From assembly GCA_044449985.1 (NCBI GenBank), contig JBIOIQ010000006.1:1-51403 (forward strand): a stretch of 51,403 nucleotides of DNA. The letters are read 5' to 3'. Made by a program: the position numbers and the translations under genes. Origin of the DNA: Candidatus Saccharimonadia bacterium (lineage in GTDB: Bacteria; Patescibacteriota; Saccharimonadia; UBA4664; JBIOIQ01). Positions 9,807 to 19,088 of the stretch are shown one piece after another. The notes under the pieces were generated by a model. The model was not told where the DNA came from and ran no database searches. It saw only the letters and a list, made by a program, of their open reading frames with translations. The first letter of the stretch is position 1. Each line of letters opens with the position of its first letter.

Positions 9807-10397
9807 ATGAAGATAGTATCAAAACAAACTGGGTTCACACTGATGGAGATTGTGGTTGGTATGGCGTTACTTTCTACAACGACAATTCTCGCAACTATCA
9901 GTTATGCATCGATCTCTAGATTGCAGCAGCACGGAGCGGCAGTAAGAGGTGTTCAACAGAATAGCCGATATGTGTTGGAGGCGGTCGCACGTGATATTCG
10001 AAACTCTACCTCTATCTGTATCGTAATTGGGCCTGGAAACTGCGTAACCACTCCAGGTACAAGTGGCACGGGGATGCAACTTAGTAGTAGCTACCTGGGC
10101 GATCAGACCCTGGTTACTTACAGTTTTACCCCGGCCCCAACATACCAGATAGACAGACTAAGTTGTGATGTTGTGACAGATCCAACCTGCGCTACTGCCG
10201 TCGCTCAACCATTGGCGACAGATGTTGTAGTGAAAAACGTCACTTATACTTTGGAAATAGTTAACACGAGATCTTACGTTGTTATAGACATGGATGTCCA
10301 AGAGCTTGATAATGCCGGCCTTGGGATTAACCAAAATGATCCCTATTTTAAGGACTATCAGTTATCGACGGTTGTAGCACCGAGAGGCCAGGAATAA
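9807..10397 (+). CDS. Minor pilin (PilW-like)
   Basis: G|FTLMEI and ARDIRNS motif. Confidence 0.8.
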   Translation: MKIVSKQTGFTLMEIVVGMALLSTTTILATISYASISRLQQHGAAVRGVQQNSRYVLEAVARDIRNSTSICIVIGPGNCVTTPGTSGTGMQLSSSYLGDQTLVTYSFTPAPTYQIDRLSCDVVTDPTCATAVAQPLATDVVVKNVTYTLEIVNTRSYVVIDMDVQELDNAGLGINQNDPYFKDYQLSTVVAPRGQE

Positions 10398-10399
10398 CT

Positions 10400-11701
10400 A
10401 TGAGAAATCAAAAGCAAGCTAGAATTATTGTACTTTTCAGGAAAATCTCGTCGCGTTTAGCTATAAACGAGGCCGGTGCTGTTGCAGTTTTCTTTGCCTC
10501 AATCATGGGAATATTATTACTAGTAGGTACAACTTCGGCAGCTCAGTTAATGGTCAGTGAACTAAATCAATCAACCCAAGTTGATCAGTCAGAACAAGCC
10601 TATTTTGCGGCAGAAGCTGGGGTAGAAGATGCACTCTATCATATAGAACAGTCACAGCAGCTTCATCCGTTAATTCAGGTTTCACCATATTGCATATTTC
10701 CTCAGCAGTTTAATGATATGTCAGATTTTTCGCAGTGCTCAGCAAATTTGCAATATTCACCGGCATTGTCGACTGAAGTCGGTGATTACTCCATTCTTGG
10801 GCAAAATTCAGGAAATCTTCCTCAGAATTATGCAGCATTGGCTGATCCATCACCAAATCCGACTGCCGATGCTGCGAATGTAACTTGGCGAAATCGCAAA
10901 GTATATGATTCGACGACATTTTATGTCGGTACTCAACAGAAAGATCAGACTCTCCAAATTGATGCGAGTGATCTAAGGAGACATCGTGCGACAGGTGATT
11001 GCGGAATCGATGCGTTTGGCAACTCCACTGGGCTCGATTGTGATAATGCTACTTCGATTTTTAGCGATTTTGGTGGGCTTGAATATTGTTGGCAAGCGCC
11101 AGCAGGGACTATCCCAAGTATTGAACTTACAACGGTATCTTGGGCGGCAAGTAGTGTAAATCCGCTTACCAGTACTGTAACAAATGTGCTAACAGACAAA
11201 GCACTATTTACGACTCCTCCAGGTGGTGCGACCCAACTCGTTTATGATGGAACAACGTACATCGGCGCTCTATCACCGGCGGCAAGCACTGGATTCGTAC
11301 CAAACTTACCTGGATTTGGAAATAATTGTATTGTGTTTCAGGTCGATAGTGCCAGGCGATATATTTTCAGAATCAAGCCGCTATTTCCAGTAGCTGGTAT
11401 AAATAATGTGAATCAAGCCGGATATGCAGTTCAGTACCAAGCAAATCTTTTCGATACAGTTTCGTCTCCATTTGCGACTGATGGACAGCTTTATATACCT
11501 AACAATGCGTATTACATTGATGTTGTGGGTCAGGCCGGAGATGTGCGACGTAGGATAGTTGCGAAGGTACTTGATAACAGGCAGTTGATTGGAGTTTTCG
11601 ATTATATTCTTTATTCGGGAGATCCGGTAATTCCGTTATGCAAAGCTGGTGTAGCGCCGTATTATAATACTGCGACATGCATAGCTATTCCCGGTCCATA
11701 A
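10400..11701 (+). CDS. Minor pilin (PilX-like) with a large C-terminal domain
   Basis: G|AVAVF lacks Glu5; QAYFAAEAGVEDAL is the PilX N-terminal motif. Confidence 0.8.
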   Translation: MRNQKQARIIVLFRKISSRLAINEAGAVAVFFASIMGILLLVGTTSAAQLMVSELNQSTQVDQSEQAYFAAEAGVEDALYHIEQSQQLHPLIQVSPYCIFPQQFNDMSDFSQCSANLQYSPALSTEVGDYSILGQNSGNLPQNYAALADPSPNPTADAANVTWRNRKVYDSTTFYVGTQQKDQTLQIDASDLRRHRATGDCGIDAFGNSTGLDCDNATSIFSDFGGLEYCWQAPAGTIPSIELTTVSWAASSVNPLTSTVTNVLTDKALFTTPPGGATQLVYDGTTYIGALSPAASTGFVPNLPGFGNNCIVFQVDSARRYIFRIKPLFPVAGINNVNQAGYAVQYQANLFDTVSSPFATDGQLYIPNNAYYIDVVGQAGDVRRRIVAKVLDNRQLIGVFDYILYSGDPVIPLCKAGVAPYYNTATCIAIPGP

Positions 11702-11740
11702 TGGTGTGAGCTTACTAATTTCAAAAATTGAGGGAACACG

Positions 11741-12805
11741 ATGACGAAGCAAGCCAAAAAAGAGACTAAAAAGTTACCTAGCGGTATGAGTCGTTCGTTT
11801 GTATTTGATTCGACCGGATGGCTCGCCAGTGTTGAGACAATATCTGACTGGTTTAATGGGGTTGTAGTTCGGATTTTGAAATGGCTTCAGAAATTTTCTA
11901 ATCTAGTTTGGGAAATGATTCCGAAAAAATATCGTAAACCGAAACTAATTGGCGCCTGGATTGTTGGATTTATAGCCTTAAACGTCATTATCACCGCGGT
12001 AGGTATTTATGGTTTAGGTTGGCAAAATTGGTACACTCGAAGCGTGAGCTGGATAGTGCCTTATCCGGTTGCTTTCGTAAATGGATCTATGATTAATTAC
12101 CACGATTATTATGGTTATTCGCAGATTATTAAGGCCAATTTGGAGCGTGCTCGATCAATCGATATAACCGCTAAATCAATTGATCAACAAGCACTTGGCG
12201 AATTGATTAATCAATCTTTCTATAATGTTGGTTCTACAAAATATCAGGTTAGCGTGACAGATGGGGATGTAAATAGTGCAGTAAGTTCGGTGTTTACCGA
12301 ATACGGTGGAGAAGCCACGGCGATGACTGTGATAAAACAATCTTCCGGGATGAATCTTTCCCAATATTCAAACGCAGTACGCAATTCAATCTTACGCAGT
12401 CGACTCGATAATAAGATTCAACTTGATCCTGTTGCAATTGCCGCTACCAGGACCCAAGCAACTCTAGTACTTTTATCCATCCTTCATGGTGGAGATTTTT
12501 CTTCACTTGCAAAACAATATTCAAAAGAGCAATCCTTTACGTCTGATGGTCAAGTAGCGACAACCCCGTCAACTAACCTCCCAACTATTGCACAACGTGC
12601 ACTCTATGCGGTAAACGATGGAAGTGTTGTAGCAACACTGACGATCGACGGCAACAGAATGTATATACTTAAACGAATTTCTAGCTCTAATGGGGTAATA
12701 AATGCTCAAGTAATACTTTTTGAAACTCCCGGGATCGATCAATGGTTAATTTCGCAGTATAAAAGCGCCAAAATTTATCGTTTGTTGTGGCAGACGAAAG
12801 CTTAA
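11741..12805 (+). CDS. Membrane-anchored SurA/PrsA-like foldase with degenerate parvulin domain
   Basis: TM, VPYPVAFVNG, SurA-N-like helices, GGDFSSLAKQYS. Confidence 0.7.
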   Translation: MTKQAKKETKKLPSGMSRSFVFDSTGWLASVETISDWFNGVVVRILKWLQKFSNLVWEMIPKKYRKPKLIGAWIVGFIALNVIITAVGIYGLGWQNWYTRSVSWIVPYPVAFVNGSMINYHDYYGYSQIIKANLERARSIDITAKSIDQQALGELINQSFYNVGSTKYQVSVTDGDVNSAVSSVFTEYGGEATAMTVIKQSSGMNLSQYSNAVRNSILRSRLDNKIQLDPVAIAATRTQATLVLLSILHGGDFSSLAKQYSKEQSFTSDGQVATTPSTNLPTIAQRALYAVNDGSVVATLTIDGNRMYILKRISSSNGVINAQVILFETPGIDQWLISQYKSAKIYRLLWQTKA

Positions 12806-12849
12806 GTACGATTGCCAAATGAATTACGCTTATGGTAATATCTAGTTAA

Positions 12850-13890
12850 ATGGGCATCCTTACAAGCGACTCTAATTATTTCGGACTTGATATTGGCACA
12901 ACTGCGGTGCGACTAGTGCAGTTAAAAAAGCTGCCGGGGATTCAGCCATCGCTCGTGACATATGGTGATGTCCCACTTCCACATGAGCTGATGATGAGCG
13001 ACTCACAGATAGACGAGGATAAAATCGCTCAAATTATTGCCGGACTTGTCCGCGACACCAAAGTTACGACGAAAGAAGTTGTTGCAGGACTTGCTTCGAG
13101 TCAAGCTTTTGCGACCGTCATCACTACTCCTAAGTTATCCCCGGCCGATCTGTCCAGGGCAATGAAACTCCAGGCTGAACAATATATACCAATGGCTATT
13201 GATTCCGCAAAAGTAGACTGGCAGATATTAGGGCCAGGTAAAAACGACCAAGAGATGCAGGTATTGTTAGTAGCTGCACCCAACTCTGCCGTAAACAAGA
13301 TTTTAAACATTATCCAAAAAGCTGGTCTCGAATTATCGGCGCTAGAATTAAACGCAGTTGCAGTTACAAGAAGCCTCATGCCCAATCTGGATATTGCCGT
13401 GATTATATTAGACGTTGGTAGCTCAACTACCGATATCACCATCGTTCATCAACAAGCCCCCAAGTTAATCCGATCGGTTAATGTTGGCGGTATGACGTTC
13501 CAGCGTTCGGTCGAGCAATCACTAGGTCTTGAGTCAGATCAAGCAACCCAGTTTCTTCATAACTTTGGCTTAACCAAGACTAAACTTGAAGGACAAGTTT
13601 TAAAAGCCGTGAAGCCTTCACTTGACTCCTTAACTGATGAAATAGATCGATCAATTAAATTCTTTGCCAGTCAGAATGAAGGGGTGAAGCTTGAAAAAGT
13701 TATCCTCACGGGTGGTACTTCACGCCTACCAGAGCTACAATCTTACATCGCCAATGCAACTCAATTGCCTGTTGAAATGGGTAATTCATGGGTAGGAGTA
13801 AGTTACCCGGCCAGCCTTCAGGATAAATTGATGAGCATTTCTCTCGATTACTCCGTGGCTATTGGTCTTGCCCAACGTTCGTTTGTCTAA
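12850..13890 (+). CDS. pilM: Type IV pilus assembly protein PilM
   Basis: GLDIGTTAVRLVQL, AEQYIP, ILDVGSSTT, ILTGGTS (actin-like fold). Confidence 0.93.
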   Translation: MGILTSDSNYFGLDIGTTAVRLVQLKKLPGIQPSLVTYGDVPLPHELMMSDSQIDEDKIAQIIAGLVRDTKVTTKEVVAGLASSQAFATVITTPKLSPADLSRAMKLQAEQYIPMAIDSAKVDWQILGPGKNDQEMQVLLVAAPNSAVNKILNIIQKAGLELSALELNAVAVTRSLMPNLDIAVIILDVGSSTTDITIVHQQAPKLIRSVNVGGMTFQRSVEQSLGLESDQATQFLHNFGLTKTKLEGQVLKAVKPSLDSLTDEIDRSIKFFASQNEGVKLEKVILTGGTSRLPELQSYIANATQLPVEMGNSWVGVSYPASLQDKLMSISLDYSVAIGLAQRSFV

Positions 13891-13954
13891 ACTCGGAAGT
13901 TTAATCGGATCGATCTGGTGGCGCATGAGCGTAAGCGTTATAATATAAGTATCT

Positions 13955-15736
13955 ATGTTAGCGGTTGAAACCCAAAAAATCTTCGAACGTCTGTTAGTTG
14001 AACGCAAATTACTGACACAAGCAGATATTGATTTGCTCAGGCTTCAATCGGTCAAAGATCATAAGTCAGTCTTATCACTCATCGCCGAACAAAAACTAGT
14101 ACCGGTTGAAGATTTAGTCCGAGTAACAGCCGAAGCCAATGGAGTGCCGTATGCGAATCTGCATAATGTCACTGCGACAGACAAACTGTTAAACATTTTT
14201 CCTAAAGAACTTGCCAAGAGTTATATGGCAGTTCCGTTTGGACAAATGCGAGGCAGAATTGCCGTTGGCATGCTTGATGCGGCCAATGTTCAGGCCATCG
14301 ACTTTATTAGTCGTAAAGTTGGGCAGCCCGTGGCAGTCTTTATGGTGTCCGAAGACAGTGTTAATCGAATTCTGTCACAATACCGGGCAGATGTCAGTAA
14401 AGAGGTCTCAGACGTAATTGGTGCGGTTGCCTCAATTAAAACCGAGGAGCCAAAGAAGGCTGAAAAAGCTAATAATGCTCAGGTCGCCAATCTGGTCCAA
14501 GATGCACCCATTACAAGGGCGCTCAACACAATTTTAGATTATGCTGCCCAATCAAGAGCCTCAGATATTCATATTGAACCGAGAGAAAAAGAATTAAAAA
14601 TTCGTTTTAGGATTGATGGACTGTTGCAGGATACGATGACACTGCCGAAAGATGTTGAACCGGCACTTATCTCAAGAATCAAGATACTGTCGAATTTAAA
14701 AATTGATGAACATCGGATTCCTCAGGACGGACAGTTTCAAATGCATACGCAGGGCAGAGATATTGATCTGCGTATTGCTATTGCCCCAGTGGTAAACGGT
14801 GAACAGGTAGTAATTCGACTGCTCGATAAAGAAGGTCAAATCCTGACGCTTGACGCTCTCGGATTTCGGGGACAAGCTTTGAAGCTCATCACTGTGGGCA
14901 TACACCGGCCTCATGGTATGACACTCTCGACCGGTCCGACTGGTTCGGGTAAATCAACCACTCTTTATGCCATTATTGCAGCGATTAAGAGCATCACGAC
15001 CAATATAGTGACGCTAGAAGACCCAGTTGAGTATAAGATGGATGGGATAAACCAAATGCAGATCAATCCAGAAGTCGGACTGACCTTTGCTTCGGGTTTG
15101 CGCTCAATTCTGCGACAAGATCCCAACGTCGTAATGGTCGGGGAAATTCGCGATAAAGAAACGGCGGATTTGGCAGTTCAAGCTGCACTCACGGGACACG
15201 TCGTACTCTCCACGCTCCATACCAATTCTTCATCGGGGGTACTGCCCCGACTTCTCGATATGGGAGTCGAACCCTTTTTGATTTCTTCAACCGTCAATAC
15301 CGCCATTGGTCAAAGACTCGTACGAAAGGTGTGTGACAACTGTAAAGAGGAGTATGAAAGTAGCATGGCTGAGACAGAGTCGATTAAAAAAGCGTTGTCA
15401 GGCGCGTTACCTAAAACTAAAGAGGAAGTCAAAGAGAAAGCGGAAGTCGCTGGGTACGACAGCTTGCCTTTAGCTGATCAAAACGCTTATACTTTGTACA
15501 AAGGTAAAGGTTGTAGCGAATGCCAAAACGGCTTTAAGGGTCGTATGGGAATTTATGAGGTATTTGGCATGACGCCTGCAATGGAGAAGCTATTAGTCGC
15601 CCATGCAACGACCACCGAAATTCAAGATCAGGCTCAAAAAGACGGCATGTTAACAATGAAGCAAGATGGATATCTTAAAGCCCTGGCAGGACTTACCACA
15701 CTAGAAGAGGTGGCACGGGTTGCCGCGGATTATTAA
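13955..15736 (+). CDS. pilB: Type IV pilus extension ATPase PilB (GspE family)
   Basis: ASDIHIEP, GPTGSGKSTT, LRQDPNVVMVGEIRD, TLHTN, CxxC...CxxC. Confidence 0.95.
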   Translation: MLAVETQKIFERLLVERKLLTQADIDLLRLQSVKDHKSVLSLIAEQKLVPVEDLVRVTAEANGVPYANLHNVTATDKLLNIFPKELAKSYMAVPFGQMRGRIAVGMLDAANVQAIDFISRKVGQPVAVFMVSEDSVNRILSQYRADVSKEVSDVIGAVASIKTEEPKKAEKANNAQVANLVQDAPITRALNTILDYAAQSRASDIHIEPREKELKIRFRIDGLLQDTMTLPKDVEPALISRIKILSNLKIDEHRIPQDGQFQMHTQGRDIDLRIAIAPVVNGEQVVIRLLDKEGQILTLDALGFRGQALKLITVGIHRPHGMTLSTGPTGSGKSTTLYAIIAAIKSITTNIVTLEDPVEYKMDGINQMQINPEVGLTFASGLRSILRQDPNVVMVGEIRDKETADLAVQAALTGHVVLSTLHTNSSSGVLPRLLDMGVEPFLISSTVNTAIGQRLVRKVCDNCKEEYESSMAETESIKKALSGALPKTKEEVKEKAEVAGYDSLPLADQNAYTLYKGKGCSECQNGFKGRMGIYEVFGMTPAMEKLLVAHATTTEIQDQAQKDGMLTMKQDGYLKALAGLTTLEEVARVAADY

Positions 15737-15757
15737 AGCTTAAGACAGGATAATGTA

Positions 15758-16828
15758 ATGGCTACCACTACGGTTAAAATCGAGACACTGCTCGAGCAGG
15801 TGATAAAACTTGACGCTTCTGATCTACATCTGCAAGTAGGGGTACCGCCAATGCTTCGTGTGGATGGCGCTCTTCGAAAAGCCGACGAGGCCGAGGTTCT
15901 AGACGAAGAAGACATCGAGAAACTTATATTTTCAGTAATTGATGATGAGCAAAAGGCGATATTATTAAAGGACAAAGAGTCTGATTTTTCATTCGCTTTT
16001 GGTGATTTCGGAAGATTTCGGGTTAACGCATTTCATGAGCGGGGGAACCTGGCCGCGGCGATGCGACTTATTCCAACCAAGATCCGAACTCTTGAGGAGC
16101 TGGGAATGCCAAAAGTCGTCACAAGTTTTACGCAGTTTCCTCGTGGTTTAGTGCTCGTGACCGGTCCGACTGGTTCCGGTAAATCCACCACGTTAGCCGC
16201 TATGGTTGATAAGATTAATACGGAGCGCGCAACCCACATAATAACTATCGAGGATCCGATTGAATATGCGCATCACTCTAAGAAATCGATTGTAGTCCAA
16301 CGAGAGGTGCATTATGATACTTATTCGTTCGGAGCTTCACTTCGCTCGGCGCTACGTGAAGACCCTGATGTTGTATTGATTGGTGAAATGCGTGATTTAG
16401 AGACCATCTCTGCGGCTATCACGATAGCTGAGACGGGGCATTTGGTGCTCGCTACGCTTCATACCAATAGCGCAGCCCAGTCAATTGATCGCATGATCGA
16501 TGTCTTCCCCCCATATCAACAACAACAGATTCGAATTCAACTGGCAGGTATTTTACAAGCAATCTGCGCCCAACGTTTGATCCCAGCGATTGGCGGAGGA
16601 AGAATTGCTGCTGCCGAAATACTGGTGGCAACACCGGCCGTGCGCAACATCATTCGTGAAGGTAAAACTCATCAACTCGATGCAGTCATTCAAACTGGAG
16701 CAGATCAAGGGATGCAGTCAATGGATAAGACCTTAGTAAGCTTAATCCATTCGGCTCATATCAGTTACGAAGAAGCCAAAAATTACGCGGTTGACCTCCA
16801 AGAACTTGATCGCATGATGCGAGGATAA
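15758..16828 (+). CDS. pilT: Type IV pilus retraction ATPase PilT
   Basis: ASDLHL, GPTGSGKSTT, ALREDPD, AETGHLV, AVRNIIRE, GMQ motifs. Confidence 0.95.
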   Translation: MATTTVKIETLLEQVIKLDASDLHLQVGVPPMLRVDGALRKADEAEVLDEEDIEKLIFSVIDDEQKAILLKDKESDFSFAFGDFGRFRVNAFHERGNLAAAMRLIPTKIRTLEELGMPKVVTSFTQFPRGLVLVTGPTGSGKSTTLAAMVDKINTERATHIITIEDPIEYAHHSKKSIVVQREVHYDTYSFGASLRSALREDPDVVLIGEMRDLETISAAITIAETGHLVLATLHTNSAAQSIDRMIDVFPPYQQQQIRIQLAGILQAICAQRLIPAIGGGRIAAAEILVATPAVRNIIREGKTHQLDAVIQTGADQGMQSMDKTLVSLIHSAHISYEEAKNYAVDLQELDRMMRG

Positions 16829-16894
16829 GGTGCTAAGTCCAGCCAGCTGGAAGCGTTTCATGACCCTTGAACGGGAGTTGCTTTGATTTCGAGC

Positions 16895-17686
16895 ATGGTC
16901 ATTATTGAAACTTCATTTTTTAGTATAATCGGACTTATTATTGGCAGCTTCATAAATGCTGTAGTGTGGCGCGTTCACGAAAAACGTACTATCGGGAACG
17001 ATCGCTCCATATGTCCGAATTGTCACCACGTGCTAGCTCCAATAGATCTAATCCCGGTATTAAGTTGGATTCTATTAAAAGCGCGCTGTCGCTATTGTCG
17101 TAAACCGATAAGTTGGCAGTACCCGTTAGTTGAACTACTCACAGCAATTTTATTCGGTTATTCTTACTTTGTCTTTCAACCCTCTGGACTTCTAAGCTCG
17201 GTTCAGTTTCTTATCTGGCTCTACGTGCTTGCCAGTCTATTAATTTTATCTGTCTATGACCTTCGATGGATGATTTTGCCAAATATAATAATATTTCCTG
17301 CTCTGGTCGTGACGTTTATCGGACTTCTTTTCGATTTTGGGGTAAGCCACAGTACCCACGCACTACTATTTCCAATTCTCGCTGCACTTACGGTTGGAGC
17401 GGTGTTTGCGGCCTTTGCACTGGTTGCAAATGGGAAGTTGATGGGTTTTGGAGATGTAAAACTCGTTATTCTGATGGGGCTGTTCTTAGGTTTTCAAAAA
17501 CTGGGCCTGGCGCTATTCGTGGGGTTTGATTCGGCTGCAATCATAGGCTTAGCCTTGCTGGCTACACGACTTCGTAAACGGACCGATCATATTCCATTCG
17601 GACCATTTTTAGCGGCCGGGACAATTGTCGCGGCTTTATTTGGTACCCAACTTATTAATTGGTATCTTCGCCTCATTGGTGCTTGA
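16895..17686 (+). CDS. pilD: Prepilin peptidase PilD (A24)
   Basis: GSFINAVVWR, CxxC...CxxC, YDL, MGFGDVKL, IPFGPFL; alternative start 16883. Confidence 0.93.
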   Translation: MVIIETSFFSIIGLIIGSFINAVVWRVHEKRTIGNDRSICPNCHHVLAPIDLIPVLSWILLKARCRYCRKPISWQYPLVELLTAILFGYSYFVFQPSGLLSSVQFLIWLYVLASLLILSVYDLRWMILPNIIIFPALVVTFIGLLFDFGVSHSTHALLFPILAALTVGAVFAAFALVANGKLMGFGDVKLVILMGLFLGFQKLGLALFVGFDSAAIIGLALLATRLRKRTDHIPFGPFLAAGTIVAALFGTQLINWYLRLIGA

Positions 17687-17699
17687 AATCCAGATAAAA

Positions 17700-18623
17700 C
17701 TAATTGCTGGACTTCTTATTATGAAATCTTTCGTGGACGCTTTTTAGTTGTGGGTCTGTAATGTGAGTATATATTTGAGTAGTCGAAATATTGGAGTGAC
17801 CTAAGAGCCCTTGAACGCTCCTTAAATCAGCGCCGTTTATTAACAGATCAGTGGCGAAGCTATGACGGAGTGTATGCGGGGTGACAATTTTAGTTATTCC
17901 AGCGAGGCTAGCGTAGCGTTTAACGATCCGCTGGATACTTCTCGCAGTAAGCCTGGTGTACATGCCCTCATCGATATCATCTTTTGATCCAGAATAGTGG
18001 ATAAATAACGGTTTAAAATTATCACTACGTGAGGCGAGCATTTTCGAAATCCAGTCGGCAGCTTCATCACTGATAAAAACCGGTCGATCTTTCTGGCCTT
18101 TACCTCGTACCATAAATTCTTTTCGATCGAGATTGATTTTATCCCGGTCAAGATTAACCAGCTCGGAAACTCGTAGTCCACTCGCAAATAAAAGCTCGAT
18201 AATGGAACGGTCTCGCAAACCTACCGGGTTATCAGTGGGGATAACAGACACCAGTCTGCCAACCTCTTCAATTTCCAGGAAACTGACTTGCGGTCGTTTT
18301 ACTCTAGCAAGTTCTATCCTGTCGCTGGCGATTGCTTTAATGCCCCGTTTACTGACGAATTTCAAAAAACTTCGAAGGGCTATCAAATGATAATTTTGAG
18401 TAGTTTTTGAGATTGGCTGACCGGTTTGATCCTCAAGCCGATTTAACCAAAGTCGCCATTTGCGGATCATCTCATCATCTAATTCTTTAATATCGCAATC
18501 GTCGCTGAATTCGGCCAGCCGCCTGAGGTACAGATCATAATTTGCAATCGTTCGCTGAGAACGATTCTGCTCAATTTCTAGATACTCTAAGAAATCAGTC
18601 ACAAGTTCGCTAATACTGCTCAT
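17700..18623 (-). CDS. Tyrosine recombinase, XerC/XerD family
   Basis: SGLRVSEL, GKGQKDR, TPHTLRHSFATDLL, LGHSNISTTQIYTH; the ATG at 18623 overlaps the upstream stop (ATGA). Confidence 0.92.
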   Translation of the reverse strand: MSSISELVTDFLEYLEIEQNRSQRTIANYDLYLRRLAEFSDDCDIKELDDEMIRKWRLWLNRLEDQTGQPISKTTQNYHLIALRSFLKFVSKRGIKAIASDRIELARVKRPQVSFLEIEEVGRLVSVIPTDNPVGLRDRSIIELLFASGLRVSELVNLDRDKINLDRKEFMVRGKGQKDRPVFISDEAADWISKMLASRSDNFKPLFIHYSGSKDDIDEGMYTRLTARSIQRIVKRYASLAGITKIVTPHTLRHSFATDLLINGADLRSVQGLLGHSNISTTQIYTHITDPQLKSVHERFHNKKSSN

Positions 18624-19009
18624 CTTACGCCGAAGAAGAGATAGATCATAAGTCCGATAAGTCCGGCAATAACTACGTCCACAAAACCGATGAAATAAAT
18701 GATAGTACGCCAATTTGTACTGAATTTATCTCGATGGTTAAATAATTTCCAGAAAAGATAAGAGCCGACTCCTAATACGATGAGCATAGTGAGTAAGATG
18801 TAGGTTTGGTATAAATAACCAGTAAAGCCGACGTTTAAACTCTGGTTGGCGGAAAGACTTAAAAACTTTGGCAAGAAGTAGAAGATTCCTACCAGAATTA
18901 TTTCAAGGCCAAGCAAATTTATCTCGAATGCCGAGAGAATCATTGATTGGTCATTCGGAGTACTGCTTCTCGCATGTTTATGGCCGGACTTATTATTTCT
19001 TATGCTCAT
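18620..19009 (-). CDS. Hypothetical membrane protein (3 TM), coupled to the xer gene
   Basis: Three hydrophobic segments; its stop overlaps the xer start. Confidence 0.6.
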   Translation of the reverse strand: MSIRNNKSGHKHARSSTPNDQSMILSAFEINLLGLEIILVGIFYFLPKFLSLSANQSLNVGFTGYLYQTYILLTMLIVLGVGSYLFWKLFNHRDKFSTNWRTIIYFIGFVDVVIAGLIGLMIYLFFGVR

Positions 19010-19088
19010 GGTTTCATTGTAACACTACTTGTGGCTAGTTCGAGTTATCAGGTTGAAGATATCTAGACATAATCTATACTTAAGGAGT

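Noticed and set aside
17700-18623. Prophage or ICE integrase marking a mobile element
   Set aside because: It is about 307 aa, typical of chromosomal Xer recombinases, with no phage or conjugation genes or att repeats visible nearby.
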